55,765 nt of DNA from the IMG/VR virus record IMGVR_UViG_3300008110_005672, positions 1 through 55,765 of that record, one strand, 5' to 3'. Within the stretch, counting starts at the first letter, position 1, and each line of letters starts with the position of its first letter. This document shows, piece after piece, positions 28,172-37,106 of this stretch. This DNA comes from a virus. Lineage: Duplodnaviria > Caudoviricetes. Position numbers and translations under genes: made by a program. A model generated the notes under the pieces. That model ran no database searches, was not told where the DNA came from, and saw only the letters and a list, made by a program, of their open reading frames with translations.

Positions 28172-28647
28172 TGTGCCTTGGCCTGTTTAGCTTCAGCGAT
28201 CAATTGATCAAACACAGGCTTTGGCATTTCTAGACGCACAAAGGTATAGTGACGACCTTGCATGGTAAAATGTGCAGTCTCAGTTTTCAGATGTTCGCGA
28301 ATAGTGGTGCTCTTTACCACATATGAGATCGATGTCTTTGTAGACTTTTTGTCATTGACAAAATCAATCTTGGTTTCGCTGTTGACTTCTGAATTGATGC
28401 GTTTTGCAAAGTTATTCATTGCAATAGCATACATCTGTTCTTCAGCCGCCTGTGCATGAACGCTTTCACCACCACCGCAGGCATAGGCGAACTCTTTCTT
28501 CCACCAGAACCAACCTTTAACGCCTGCCTGTTGACATTCTTGATACCAATCCGGCTGTGCATAAGTCTTACGATCATCAATAGTCTTCATTGAAGAACAG
28601 CCAGTAATGGCCAATGCCATTAGACCAACCACAAGTGCTTTTTTCAT
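28168..28647 (-). CDS. LPP20-like lipoprotein
   Basis: Lipobox ITGC; PDWY; AAGG SD. Confidence 0.7.
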   Translation of the reverse strand: MKKALVVGLMALAITGCSSMKTIDDRKTYAQPDWYQECQQAGVKGWFWWKKEFAYACGGGESVHAQAAEEQMYAIAMNNFAKRINSEVNSETKIDFVNDKKSTKTSISYVVKSTTIREHLKTETAHFTMQGRHYTFVRLEMPKPVFDQLIAEAKQAKAQ

Positions 28648-28681
28648 CGTGTACCTTTCTGTGTGTGTTAACGATAATACT

Positions 28682-28710
28682 AGTTTAGCACCAAGTTTAC
28701 TCAACGTCAA
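28682..28710 (-). promoter_or_regulatory. sigma70-type promoter
   Basis: TTGACG-17 bp-TAAACT with extended TG. Confidence 0.6.
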
Positions 28711-28727
28711 CCGGGTGCCTAACCAAT

Positions 28728-29063
28728 TTACTTAAAATAGATCAAGGCCATCAGTGCGGATTGCACAATGAAACCAAATCCAATTGTGACCACATTAAGC
28801 ATGTCTTTCTGTACAGCAGCCTTGACAAACAACAGAGTCAAACCACTCCATACCAAAAGCACCAGATCCACTGCAGGCATCTTGTCAGTGAGTCCGCTCA
28901 TCACAGCCAAAAGACTGGGAATGGTAGCAGCATGTAATACAATAACTGCTAGCCAACCAAATGTTTCTGCTGATATGTGGCTAACTTTGGCAGTGGCCCA
29001 AGATTTGAATTCCTCCATGGAATCAAAATTGGGGATGGGATTGTATTTTTTGAAGTCTATCAT
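28728..29063 (-). CDS. small 3-TM membrane protein
   Basis: Hydrophobic segments; follows the cell wall hydrolase. Confidence 0.75.
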   Translation of the reverse strand: MIDFKKYNPIPNFDSMEEFKSWATAKVSHISAETFGWLAVIVLHAATIPSLLAVMSGLTDKMPAVDLVLLVWSGLTLLFVKAAVQKDMLNVVTIGFGFIVQSALMALIYFK

Positions 29064-29064
29064 T

Positions 29065-29610
29065 TTATTTCTTTCCTCTGTAAAAGATATGATTGCCAAT
29101 TGTTCCAATTTTTTCTAGATTCCATTGCGGATTCACATAGTTTGCATGATAATACAGGGCTTCTTTCATTACGTCAAGTCTGAAGCCTTCCAATAATACC
29201 TTTTTAGCCACTGCCATGCTTTCATTGTAGGCAGTTTGGTTAACAGGTCTTGCTTTGTGGGCAGTGTCGCAGTACCATGAGAATTGGCAAATGACTCTGT
29301 CCATGATCACAGACTTTTGATAAACCACGGCACAGATATCTTGGGGGAACGAGGGATGAGACGCCCTGTTCATGGTGACCTGTGCCACTGCTACTTTGCC
29401 TTCAAAATTTTCGTGTCCTGCTTCACGGTAAACGTTCATGGCAAGACATTCCAACTGCCGTTCTCTAGTTTTGATACTGACTACATCTTTAGACGATAAC
29501 ATCTGTCCGTCACGCAGTTTTTCCATTTTGGCAAAAGTCACATTTTGTACCAATAGGCATACTGCAATTAGGCCCATAACATAGGCTGAAAATCTAATAA
29601 ATTTTTCCAT
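29065..29610 (-). CDS. SleB/CwlJ-like cell wall hydrolase (Hydrolase_2)
   Basis: CLA.NVY.EA; AVAQV..NR; CQFSW; YYHA.YV.P.W; IGNHIFY; GGAGG SD. Confidence 0.9.
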   Translation of the reverse strand: MEKFIRFSAYVMGLIAVCLLVQNVTFAKMEKLRDGQMLSSKDVVSIKTRERQLECLAMNVYREAGHENFEGKVAVAQVTMNRASHPSFPQDICAVVYQKSVIMDRVICQFSWYCDTAHKARPVNQTAYNESMAVAKKVLLEGFRLDVMKEALYYHANYVNPQWNLEKIGTIGNHIFYRGKK

Positions 29611-29860
29611 AAGTCCTCCTTTGACTTGGTGTGATACAAATTTCATATCACATTACATAAAGGGAGTTAACTTCACGAGGCTCTGAAAGAACCCTACTTT
29701 CGTGTAGTTGTCTCCATTAGCCACCACAGCTCATAATTTGTGGTACCTTTGGCGACCCTTGGCATCCCGAAAATACGGGTTTCTCATTGGCCAAGACCCG
29801 CGGAACCGTTTCTGCTTTTGACATACTTTGGTTCTACTATCTTAGTTTCTTTGCGAAACG
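29611..29860 (-). ncRNA. multi-hairpin 5' leader, riboswitch-like (unassigned)
   Basis: Non-coding ~250 nt with at least six stems upstream of the cell wall hydrolase. Confidence 0.45.
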
Positions 29861-29906
29861 TTTAATATATACCTTATAAATCTTAAATCTCCCGAGAAAC
29901 CGGTGA

Positions 29907-30302
29907 TTATCGACGCATTTTGGAGATATCTTGTGCTTCTTCGTCCGAAAATACAGGCACGGCGTTGCTCTTGTGCATTGTAGCAATGCCTTTGACTTTG
30001 GTTCCTGTATAGATTGGACTGGCTTTTAACACAGCATTGCCACCGGTATCTACACTTTTTATATGCGCAGTGGTATTTCGACCTTCGGGGATCTTAAGCG
30101 AGTACGATTTACTCAAAGACTCTGCTGCCAGACCACGACGACGTTTCTTGTCTTCAAGTTCTACAGCCCATTTTTTCTGTAGTTCTTTCCACGATTCGTC
30201 CAATTCACGGGCCTTACGAGCATGATCTGCAGAAGCAAATTTCTTCTTGCCTTTGGGCTTGCCTGTGGTGCTAAGCCACGGACCTTCTAGGTGCATTGTC
30301 AA
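29907..30302 (-). CDS. conserved hypothetical phage protein (YTG...GIATMHKSNAVP)
   Basis: GGAGG SD; TTG start; promoter upstream. Confidence 0.8.
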   Translation of the reverse strand: MTMHLEGPWLSTTGKPKGKKKFASADHARKARELDESWKELQKKWAVELEDKKRRRGLAAESLSKSYSLKIPEGRNTTAHIKSVDTGGNAVLKASPIYTGTKVKGIATMHKSNAVPVFSDEEAQDISKMRR

Positions 30303-30335
30303 AAGAAACCTCCAAACTTGTTATACTATACAACT

Positions 30336-30364
30336 AGTATAGCATCTAGAGTGGAGGCTGTCAA
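30336..30364 (-). promoter_or_regulatory. sigma70 promoter
   Basis: TTGACA-17 bp-TATACT. Confidence 0.8.
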
Positions 30365-30400
30365 CTGCTTATTATTCAATTTATTGCAAGGAACAACGTC

Positions 30401-30769
30401 TTATGGAAGATACCTGCTGATGATTTCGTTCTGCTCTGCAGTCAAGGCAATTTCATATTGGTAGTCTGGATGATCAACTCCTAGATAAGGTTGTCCACCA
30501 ACTTGCCATAAACGAGCTTCATGTTGAGCCAGTCTCCAACTGACGTGATTGTCAGTTTTGTTCCTGTCTGGCATGTCTTCGGGATAATTGCCGTTGCCAG
30601 TCTGGCACCGAAGTTTTGGTCCAGTATCTACCTTGAAATAGAGCTGGTTGGCTATGTTGTCAAGCACCGGCATGGCAGTGATGCTGGCAGCGATGCCAAT
30701 TCCCATATCTCTTGCCGGCTCTTCAAATGCCAGTGTTAAATCTGGTCCTAGTTTAATTTCTATAATCAT
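30401..30769 (-). CDS. hypothetical protein
   Basis: GAGG SD. Confidence 0.7.
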   Translation of the reverse strand: MIIEIKLGPDLTLAFEEPARDMGIGIAASITAMPVLDNIANQLYFKVDTGPKLRCQTGNGNYPEDMPDRNKTDNHVSWRLAQHEARLWQVGGQPYLGVDHPDYQYEIALTAEQNEIISRYLP

Positions 30770-30813
30770 GATGTTCCTCGTGTTTTACTTATCTGTATTA
30801 TGCTCGACAGATT

Positions 30814-31233
30814 TTATTTTATCTGCTCTGCTATTTGTTTATAACCTGCCCAACTGGGATGGATACCGTCAGGTTGCAATTTGGTAATTGGCAACACAGT
30901 ATCACCAAAGTTTTTGGCAATGATATTCACAAGATCCTGTATGTGTTTGATGTCAACACCGCTGGCCTTTAGATTTCCTGCCGGCAGTATCCAAAACACT
31001 CGTTTACCTTCAACTCGCTGCCGCGTGGCCATGAGCTCTCGGAAGGTATGCACTCCACTGTGATCATTTGAACCCAGGCTGATAATCACAGTATTGGCTG
31101 GTTGAATTTTTTCTGCGTAATTTTTATTAAACTGCCAAGTATTGATTCCGCCCTTGCCTACAAGAACACATTCTTTGGCAAACATGTGTGTACCCACTGC
31201 TATACTGTCGCCTACAATCAAACACTCTAACAT
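30814..31233 (-). CDS. SGNH/GDSL hydrolase
   Basis: GDSIA; SLGSND; DGIHP. Confidence 0.85.
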   Translation of the reverse strand: MLECLIVGDSIAVGTHMFAKECVLVGKGGINTWQFNKNYAEKIQPANTVIISLGSNDHSGVHTFRELMATRQRVEGKRVFWILPAGNLKASGVDIKHIQDLVNIIAKNFGDTVLPITKLQPDGIHPSWAGYKQIAEQIK

Positions 31234-31247
31234 GATTTTTCCTATTA

Positions 31248-31754
31248 TCAACTGTTTAACACTTTGGCCACAGAATTCATAACTGCGGCAATGCGCCCAA
31301 TGTCACGTAATTGTTCTACTGTGTATCCTTCCTTCTTCAGTGTCTCATAATGTGCTTTCACACAGAAGTGGCATTTGCCCACGATACTGGCGGCAAGGCT
31401 AAACGCTTCGAAGTTTGACTTGGTAGTTCCGCCATGTGATGCAATAGCGTTCATACGTAACTGTGCTGGCAGACCTTTCATTGCTGGATCATCTGCCATT
31501 TCAACGTAAGGATACCATACATTGTTCTGTGCCATAATACTTGCGGCTGTCATTGCTGACTCTGCATGCACTGGAGCATCTGCTAATAGGGTACTTAAAA
31601 CCTTGCCGTTGCCAGTTGCGGCCAAGGCAGCTACAGCACAACCCATGGCTACGTCTGCGTCTAATGTGCTACGAAGCAATACTGCGTCCAGATTTAATTT
31701 TGTATCTTTGGCGTAGTCTGGTAACGCACTTTTTACTGTTTCGATAAAACTCAT
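31248..31754 (-). CDS. ahpD: alkylhydroperoxidase AhpD
   Basis: LPDYAKD.KLNL; M..NNVWY; LRMN; CHFCVKAH. Confidence 0.9.
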   Translation of the reverse strand: MSFIETVKSALPDYAKDTKLNLDAVLLRSTLDADVAMGCAVAALAATGNGKVLSTLLADAPVHAESAMTAASIMAQNNVWYPYVEMADDPAMKGLPAQLRMNAIASHGGTTKSNFEAFSLAASIVGKCHFCVKAHYETLKKEGYTVEQLRDIGRIAAVMNSVAKVLNS

Positions 31755-31755
31755 T

Positions 31756-32391
31756 TTAATATTTCCCTGATGCTAGAACGATTTGACAGATATGTTCTAA
31801 TCGTTCAATGTGTTCAAATGCTCGCCACGGGCTTGTGTCAATGGCCACAACACCATGACCCTTGATACCTACAATATCGTAGGCAATATTGCCTTCACTA
31901 TCTAATCGCAAGTTCTCATGACAACGATCGGCAAGTTCTTGACTGATAGGAGCCACATCACCCACGTTAGGTGCTACCTTGGTATAGCGATTAAGTTCCG
32001 GAAACTCCGCACTCACCGTACCCAAATCAATACCGGCATGCATGGCAGCGATACAATACGTGGGATGTAGATGAACCACTACCCTAACTTCATTGCGGTG
32101 CTTGCCCATAGCTCGTTGCAAGCCAAAGTGTAAGGGAATTTCTCCTGACGGTTTTAGATTAGCACTGATGTCAGTATATGACAATTCTTCCCACAAATAA
32201 CCTCTATTAGGTTCCCAAGATATTCCAATCTTCTTGAACTGGTCAGGTTGCATGGTCTGCTTACGGACGCCACTGGGTGTGATATAAAAGTGATCACGGT
32301 CGTGATGACGAATTGACACATTACCATCACGACTGGTAATCCAGTTACGTCTATATGCTTCAACGAGCGTGTCGCATATAGTTTCTAACAT
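31756..32391 (-). CDS. class II aldolase/adducin family protein
   Basis: DGNVS; ITPSG; PSGE...H; VHLHP; GHG. Confidence 0.88.
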   Translation of the reverse strand: MLETICDTLVEAYRRNWITSRDGNVSIRHHDRDHFYITPSGVRKQTMQPDQFKKIGISWEPNRGYLWEELSYTDISANLKPSGEIPLHFGLQRAMGKHRNEVRVVVHLHPTYCIAAMHAGIDLGTVSAEFPELNRYTKVAPNVGDVAPISQELADRCHENLRLDSEGNIAYDIVGIKGHGVVAIDTSPWRAFEHIERLEHICQIVLASGKY

Positions 32392-32930
32392 TACAGAGTC
32401 TCGCCGCCAACAGTACGGTTACAAGCACATAGTTCGCCAGTTTGTAGCGCATCCAACACACGAAGTGTTTCTTCTGGTGAACGACCAACGTTCAAGTTGT
32501 TTACAGTAACGTGCTGGATAACGTTCTCTGGGTCAACAATAAATGTTGCGCGAAGTGCGGCACCCGCCGGAGCATAGAACACACCCAACTGATTGATTAG
32601 ACTCAACTCACCACGCTGTGTGTCAGCAAATTGGTTGTGTGTAATCTTCTTTAGATCAGCGTGAGCCGTTTGCCATGCTGTCTTACAGAACTCGTTGTCT
32701 GTGCTACCAGTGAGCAATACTGCATCACGGTCGGCGAAGTCGCCTGCTAGTTTGTCGTAGGCCACAATCTCTGTAGGGCACACAAATGTAAAGTCTTTTG
32801 GGTAGTAAACAATTACTTTCCACTTGCCAGCAAAACTCTCGTCTGTAATTTCAAAGAACGCATCTTCTAGCTGTCCTGGCTTAACGCCTGTTACCGCAAA
32901 TTTTTCTAACTTATCGCCAACTGTTTTCAT
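32391..32930 (-). CDS. ahpC: peroxiredoxin AhpC
   Basis: YPKDFTFVCPTE; RATFIVDP; VGR; LCACN. Confidence 0.93.
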   Translation of the reverse strand: MKTVGDKLEKFAVTGVKPGQLEDAFFEITDESFAGKWKVIVYYPKDFTFVCPTEIVAYDKLAGDFADRDAVLLTGSTDNEFCKTAWQTAHADLKKITHNQFADTQRGELSLINQLGVFYAPAGAALRATFIVDPENVIQHVTVNNLNVGRSPEETLRVLDALQTGELCACNRTVGGETL

Positions 32931-32985
32931 ATCTTCTCCTTGTGTGTGATAAAAACTAATAACTCAGTGTTTATACTGATATTAT

Positions 32986-33014
32986 ATTGTACGTTTATTT
33001 AACCTATAGGTCAA
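32986..33014 (-). promoter_or_regulatory. sigma70-type promoter
   Basis: TTGACC-17 bp-TACAAT. Confidence 0.65.
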
Positions 33015-33075
33015 GTGATTTTAATAGATTTTTCAACAATTTTTTTAATGATACATATAGAAATTTTTAATAATG

Positions 33076-33100
33076 AAAAGAAACCCGCCGAAGCGGGTTC
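33076..33100 (-). terminator. intrinsic terminator after tmRNA
   Basis: AACCCGC-TTCG-GCGGGTT followed by TCTTTT. Confidence 0.85.
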
Positions 33101-33442
33101 TGCTATTTTGGATGACAAGGTATAACTACCTCGGACCGCTGTTTTTTAGGCAGCTAGGGCAACTTTGCTTTTGCCGGAAACAGTGTTTCCAGTGAAGCTC
33201 ATTGCGCTGAAGTCAAATGTATCTGCGTTTGCATTTACGATTTTTGCTTGATTTACGGTCATCGCCTACCGTGTTGCCGTCTCTATTATCTCACCCTGTC
33301 GAAACCATGGCAGGCCCATTATGAAGTATACTCAGCTTTCGCTTTGCTTCCAGAATACTCGGATCGGAGTATACTTTATGGTGGACCTGGCGGGAGTCGA
33401 ACCCGCGTCCAGAATGCCTTCACTTTGAAGGGATTACAACAA
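33101..33442 (-). ncRNA. ssrA: circularly permuted (two-piece) tmRNA
   Basis: Acceptor piece ending GGTTCGACTCCCGCCAGGTCCACCA (33379) precedes the coding piece starting GGGCCTG...TTCGAC (33317); G3.U70; tag ANADTFDFSAMSFTGNTVSGKSKVALAA* at 33146-33232. Confidence 0.92.
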
Positions 33443-33447
33443 TTCTT

Positions 33448-33651
33448 TTAGGCAGCTTGGATATTGCTAGCCTGCTCGCCTTTTTGACCCTGAGTCACTT
33501 CAAACCTTACACTTTGTCCTTCTTGTAGGCTCTTGAAGCCACTCGAATTAATCTGTGAAAAGTGAGCAAATAAGTCTGCGCCACCATCGTCCGGAGTAAT
33601 GAATCCAAAACCTTTGGCGTCGTTAAACCATTTTACTTTTCCTGTTACCAT
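33448..33651 (-). CDS. cold-shock protein (CspA family)
   Basis: GKVKWFN..KGFGFI; LFAHFSQI. Confidence 0.95.
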   Translation of the reverse strand: MVTGKVKWFNDAKGFGFITPDDGGADLFAHFSQINSSGFKSLQEGQSVRFEVTQGQKGEQASNIQAA

Positions 33652-33655
33652 TTTA

Positions 33656-33904
33656 CTATTTTTCCTTGTTTGTAAATTTAAGCTGTCTGTGTGTGTTTTC
33701 AACTGTTAGTTTAGTAATAGTTGCCAGCATTATTAGCTTATCATCATCAGTATACACTTCTTTGTCAAACATGTCAAGTATACTTGTGCCAATCATTTTG
33801 AATGCCTGTTCTTGCCCAACAGCAAGTTTGCCCCAATCTGCGGGATCGCCTGCTTCTACTTCCGCTGCAATTTCTACCAATTGGTCCAGGGTTATTTTTT
33901 TCAT
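33656..33904 (-). CDS. hypothetical protein, C-terminus possibly truncated by a deletion junction
   Basis: ORF runs abruptly into the csp leader (ACACACAGACAG). Confidence 0.6.
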   Translation of the reverse strand: MKKITLDQLVEIAAEVEAGDPADWGKLAVGQEQAFKMIGTSILDMFDKEVYTDDDKLIMLATITKLTVENTHRQLKFTNKEK

Positions 33905-33908
33905 AGTG

Positions 33909-34559
33909 TTACACTGTTAGGGTATTGATTACACCACCGGCTGTGCCTCGGGGGAATAGGTTAAAGGCCAAACTGTATCGTACCTTTGACGATTGATTTT
34001 CTTCAACTGAATGAGTCATCATTGAAGGGAACATGATTAAATCATTTTTGGCAGGAAATATGCCCCAAGCATCTGCATTGAAGAAATTTAATTTGGAATC
34101 ATCAGCATGGTCTTGATAATTGAAATCTACTCTCACAGTTTCAGTCCACAGATTGTAGTTGCCTTTGTCTTTATGGCAGACGAATGCCCCAGTGTCACCG
34201 TCGGTATCAATATAGTAAACACCGCTGATTAGGCTGTTACCGTGGTAATGTTGACCCGAGTAGTCTCCAGTATAGTGTCTATTGACCCAACTGTTTTCCA
34301 TTTGAAAATCCATGTTGCTCTTTACATCTAGCACTGTATAGATAAAATTATCTGCGGCTTTCATGATCTTGGTTCTTAATGGCGCTAGCTCTGGAGTATT
34401 CAAAATGTATTTGTTTACAGAATAATCGCCGTTGTCAGCAGGCATGCGTTCATATTCTTGACTTTCAATGAAGTCACGCATGCCTTTATCTAATGACCCA
34501 ATGTTGGTCTGATACAAAGGCACGCCGAACAACGGAGTGACTTTATAGGTAGGTGTCAT
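33909..34559 (-). CDS. putative 2OG-Fe(II) oxygenase (TIGR02466-like)
   Basis: SWVN; HYH.N..ISGVYY; FPS...HSV; R.SLAFN. Confidence 0.85.
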   Translation of the reverse strand: MTPTYKVTPLFGVPLYQTNIGSLDKGMRDFIESQEYERMPADNGDYSVNKYILNTPELAPLRTKIMKAADNFIYTVLDVKSNMDFQMENSWVNRHYTGDYSGQHYHGNSLISGVYYIDTDGDTGAFVCHKDKGNYNLWTETVRVDFNYQDHADDSKLNFFNADAWGIFPAKNDLIMFPSMMTHSVEENQSSKVRYSLAFNLFPRGTAGGVINTLTV

Positions 34560-34845
34560 TTAATCCATCCAATTTTTTTACCTTGTGCTTTTCTACTATC
34601 ATACTCTTCAACTGAACTGGGGAATCTCCAAGCCCATATTGCTACCAGCATCATGAACATTGCTGTGTATATTATACCACGAACCGGCACTGCTGTCAAC
34701 CACATGGTGATCAAACTGGTTGTCATCATGAACAACATGAAGTATTTCATCTTAAGATTGAGTAAGGAATACCAGGAGTAATCACACCAATGTAGGCCAT
34801 TCCCAAACTAAGGAAACCTAGTATTTTCCAAAATAATTTTTTCAT
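34556..34845 (-). pseudogene. YbaN/DUF454-like membrane protein interrupted by a deletion/frameshift near 34752
   Basis: MKKLFWKILGFLSLGMAYIGVITPGIPYSI then stop; LKMKYFMLF... continues in another frame. Confidence 0.6.
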
Positions 34846-34846
34846 T

Positions 34847-35812
34847 CTATTCCTTTACTGGTCTAAATATTCCAATCAAGGAATTGTCGCCGGGTGTTCG
34901 ATAGCCACTGGGCCATGATCGTGTAACTGATCCGCTTGACGGGTTATTAACATTTTTTGCCGCCGAACTTTGATTTCCGCCTACAAATGAGTAAGTTCCG
35001 CTGCTGGCAGTATAGATAAAATTCACATGACCATAACTCCATAGAGCAATGTCGCCAGGCTGTCCTTGATTCAACGGAAGTTTGGCTGCTTTATACGCAG
35101 CAGTCTTGTCTCTAATATCAAAGGCCCATGCGGTTTGCACAAATCTGTAGCCACATCTTTTTAAAACCCAATTTACATAGCCCATACACCATGCGGTTTG
35201 ATCAGTGAGCCATGCGCCTGACTGCGGATATCCAAGTTCTTTCCATATACCCGTAATTTTAGAGTTACTGGCACGGCCGCCCATACCTGTTTCTTCCCAA
35301 ATACCTTTAGCAGCTTCATCAAGGTTCTGTGAAAGTAGACTAGGAATATCACTGGCCAACACTACATCAGTGTCAATTAAACTTTCTCCGTCTGCACCTT
35401 GTGGAGTTCCAGGAAAGTTTTGTTTGACCTGGTCGTTGGATGCAACCTTATAAGCACCAGGATTAGCAACATATGCACTTGTTTGTCTATTAATGGCTGC
35501 TTGCGTTGCTGGATCAATTACTACAGGCGGAATTTTAAAAGATGCAAAGGTTCCTGAAAATACATTGGGGCTACCTGAAGCAACGTGTCCGCAAGTGGCA
35601 GTATCGCCTTGTCTACATATCAAAATATTATTAGCATATACTGTAGAACTACTACCGGACATTACTGGGCTAGAATGTGGACTGCGGCCATGACCATCAA
35701 CAGTGGCACCTTTCACAACAATTGGTTTACCGTTAACAAATACTGTAGGTGCAAGATTGCCAACTATTGTGCCGCCTGCGGCATCTGCTCCTACTCTACT
35801 TACTCCTTGCAT
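34847..35812 (-). CDS. PAAR spike-tip protein fused to a CHAP/NlpC-like amidase domain
   Basis: N-term SRVG.D...H...H...CRQGD.ATCGH; C-term DQTAWCMGYVNW.L, GHV.F, GGNQS. Confidence 0.8.
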   Translation of the reverse strand: MQGVSRVGADAAGGTIVGNLAPTVFVNGKPIVVKGATVDGHGRSPHSSPVMSGSSSTVYANNILICRQGDTATCGHVASGSPNVFSGTFASFKIPPVVIDPATQAAINRQTSAYVANPGAYKVASNDQVKQNFPGTPQGADGESLIDTDVVLASDIPSLLSQNLDEAAKGIWEETGMGGRASNSKITGIWKELGYPQSGAWLTDQTAWCMGYVNWVLKRCGYRFVQTAWAFDIRDKTAAYKAAKLPLNQGQPGDIALWSYGHVNFIYTASSGTYSFVGGNQSSAAKNVNNPSSGSVTRSWPSGYRTPGDNSLIGIFRPVKE

Positions 35813-35821
35813 ATACGTTCC

Positions 35822-36505
35822 TCAAAATGCTTTTGGTAAATCGTTTATCTTAGAAAGATAATCTGAAATTCTCTTACGAGCCTTGTCTAATTGTTTTTCA
35901 GTTAACGGCTCGGTCTCTGATGTAATCTCACCGCCTTCGATCAAATATCTATAACTAGAAATAAAATTAATAAACTCTAAAGGACTTATTGTATGAATAC
36001 CGTTGCCTTCGCTTAATTCTTTTATTTTCTTAAAGTGTGTTTCCATAGCAGTCTGTTTATCTGCTATTGTATTTGAATGTCCTGAGATAGCACCTAATGA
36101 ATTTTCAATCATACCTAAGGAATATGCAATACTAACAATACCCTGAGTGGAGTCGTTGTTGACCGCAATTTCTCTGGCAACATTAGAATTGTGCGCTGAA
36201 ATGATACTTGCAGCAGTATCTAATATATTTGCCCAAACTATAGCGGCTGAATCTTTGTCAGTACCAGTACCGCTAGAACTCCCGCCAGTTGGCGTTGCAC
36301 CACCTGTCCCGCCCGTTCCTGAAAAACTAGTTGTGCCCCCACCAAAAAATTCTTGTTCTGTTATACTAGAATTAGCTGTAATTTCCGTTGATAAATTAGT
36401 AAGTGCAGTGGCTAAAGATGTTAGACCAGCAGATGTTGCTTCAGCTGCCAACGATGTAGCCTGAATTGCTAATATTGCTCTAGTACTGGTGAAAGTAACG
36501 GCCAC
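35822..36505 (-). CDS. hypothetical protein (possible virion component)
   Basis: A/T/G-rich ORF; GTG start inferred. Confidence 0.65.
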   Translation of the reverse strand: MAVTFTSTRAILAIQATSLAAEATSAGLTSLATALTNLSTEITANSSITEQEFFGGGTTSFSGTGGTGGATPTGGSSSGTGTDKDSAAIVWANILDTAASIISAHNSNVAREIAVNNDSTQGIVSIAYSLGMIENSLGAISGHSNTIADKQTAMETHFKKIKELSEGNGIHTISPLEFINFISSYRYLIEGGEITSETEPLTEKQLDKARKRISDYLSKINDLPKAF

Positions 36506-36509
36506 TACA

Positions 36510-36827
36510 TCAACCTTTGATAATACTACCAGCACTTACTGGCTGAATGCCTGTGGTCTGATATACATACTGTTTACCAATTTCAGCATCACTCTCTGCC
36601 ATCACTGTAATTGCCTGTGTGTTGAAGGTTAACTTTGAATCGGGATTCACAGTAACTAACACGGGTGCCATTGCTGGTCCTTTCTGTGTCATGGCCAACA
36701 TAACCGGACGATCTAAGGTAATACTACCCATAGCATCTTCGATAAACTTGCCCATGATTTCATCACCTGAAATCAATTTGATTGTGACAATATCACCTAC
36801 TGCGAATTTGTGTTTATTTAATAACAT
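36510..36827 (-). CDS. Sm-like hypothetical phage protein
   Basis: GDIVTIKLISGDEIMGK. Confidence 0.65.
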   Translation of the reverse strand: MLLNKHKFAVGDIVTIKLISGDEIMGKFIEDAMGSITLDRPVMLAMTQKGPAMAPVLVTVNPDSKLTFNTQAITVMAESDAEIGKQYVYQTTGIQPVSAGSIIKG

Positions 36828-37084
36828 TATATTGGTCCGTCTCCATATCCCTGTCCATCCCACTGTTCGAAAAGTTTTTTCAATTCTGTAAATCCGCCAA
36901 TTAATTTTCCATCTAGAAAAATTTGTGGAACTGTTCTAGCTGTCGGTACTGCTTCTAATAATTCTTCTCGAGTATACCCATCACCAATTTTCTTTTCTTC
37001 AAACTTGATACCCTTTTGCGTTAGCAATGCTTTTGCTTGATCACAATAGGGGCAATGATATTTGCTCCATACTACAGCTTTCAT
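36827..37084 (-). CDS. glutaredoxin
   Basis: CPYC; TVPQIF; GGF. Confidence 0.95.
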   Translation of the reverse strand: MKAVVWSKYHCPYCDQAKALLTQKGIKFEEKKIGDGYTREELLEAVPTARTVPQIFLDGKLIGGFTELKKLFEQWDGQGYGDGPI

Positions 37085-37106
37085 TCTTATTCCTTTCTAA
37101 TATCTA

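Noticed and set aside
33248-33451. Plus-strand 67-aa ORF
   Set aside because: Antisense to the tmRNA
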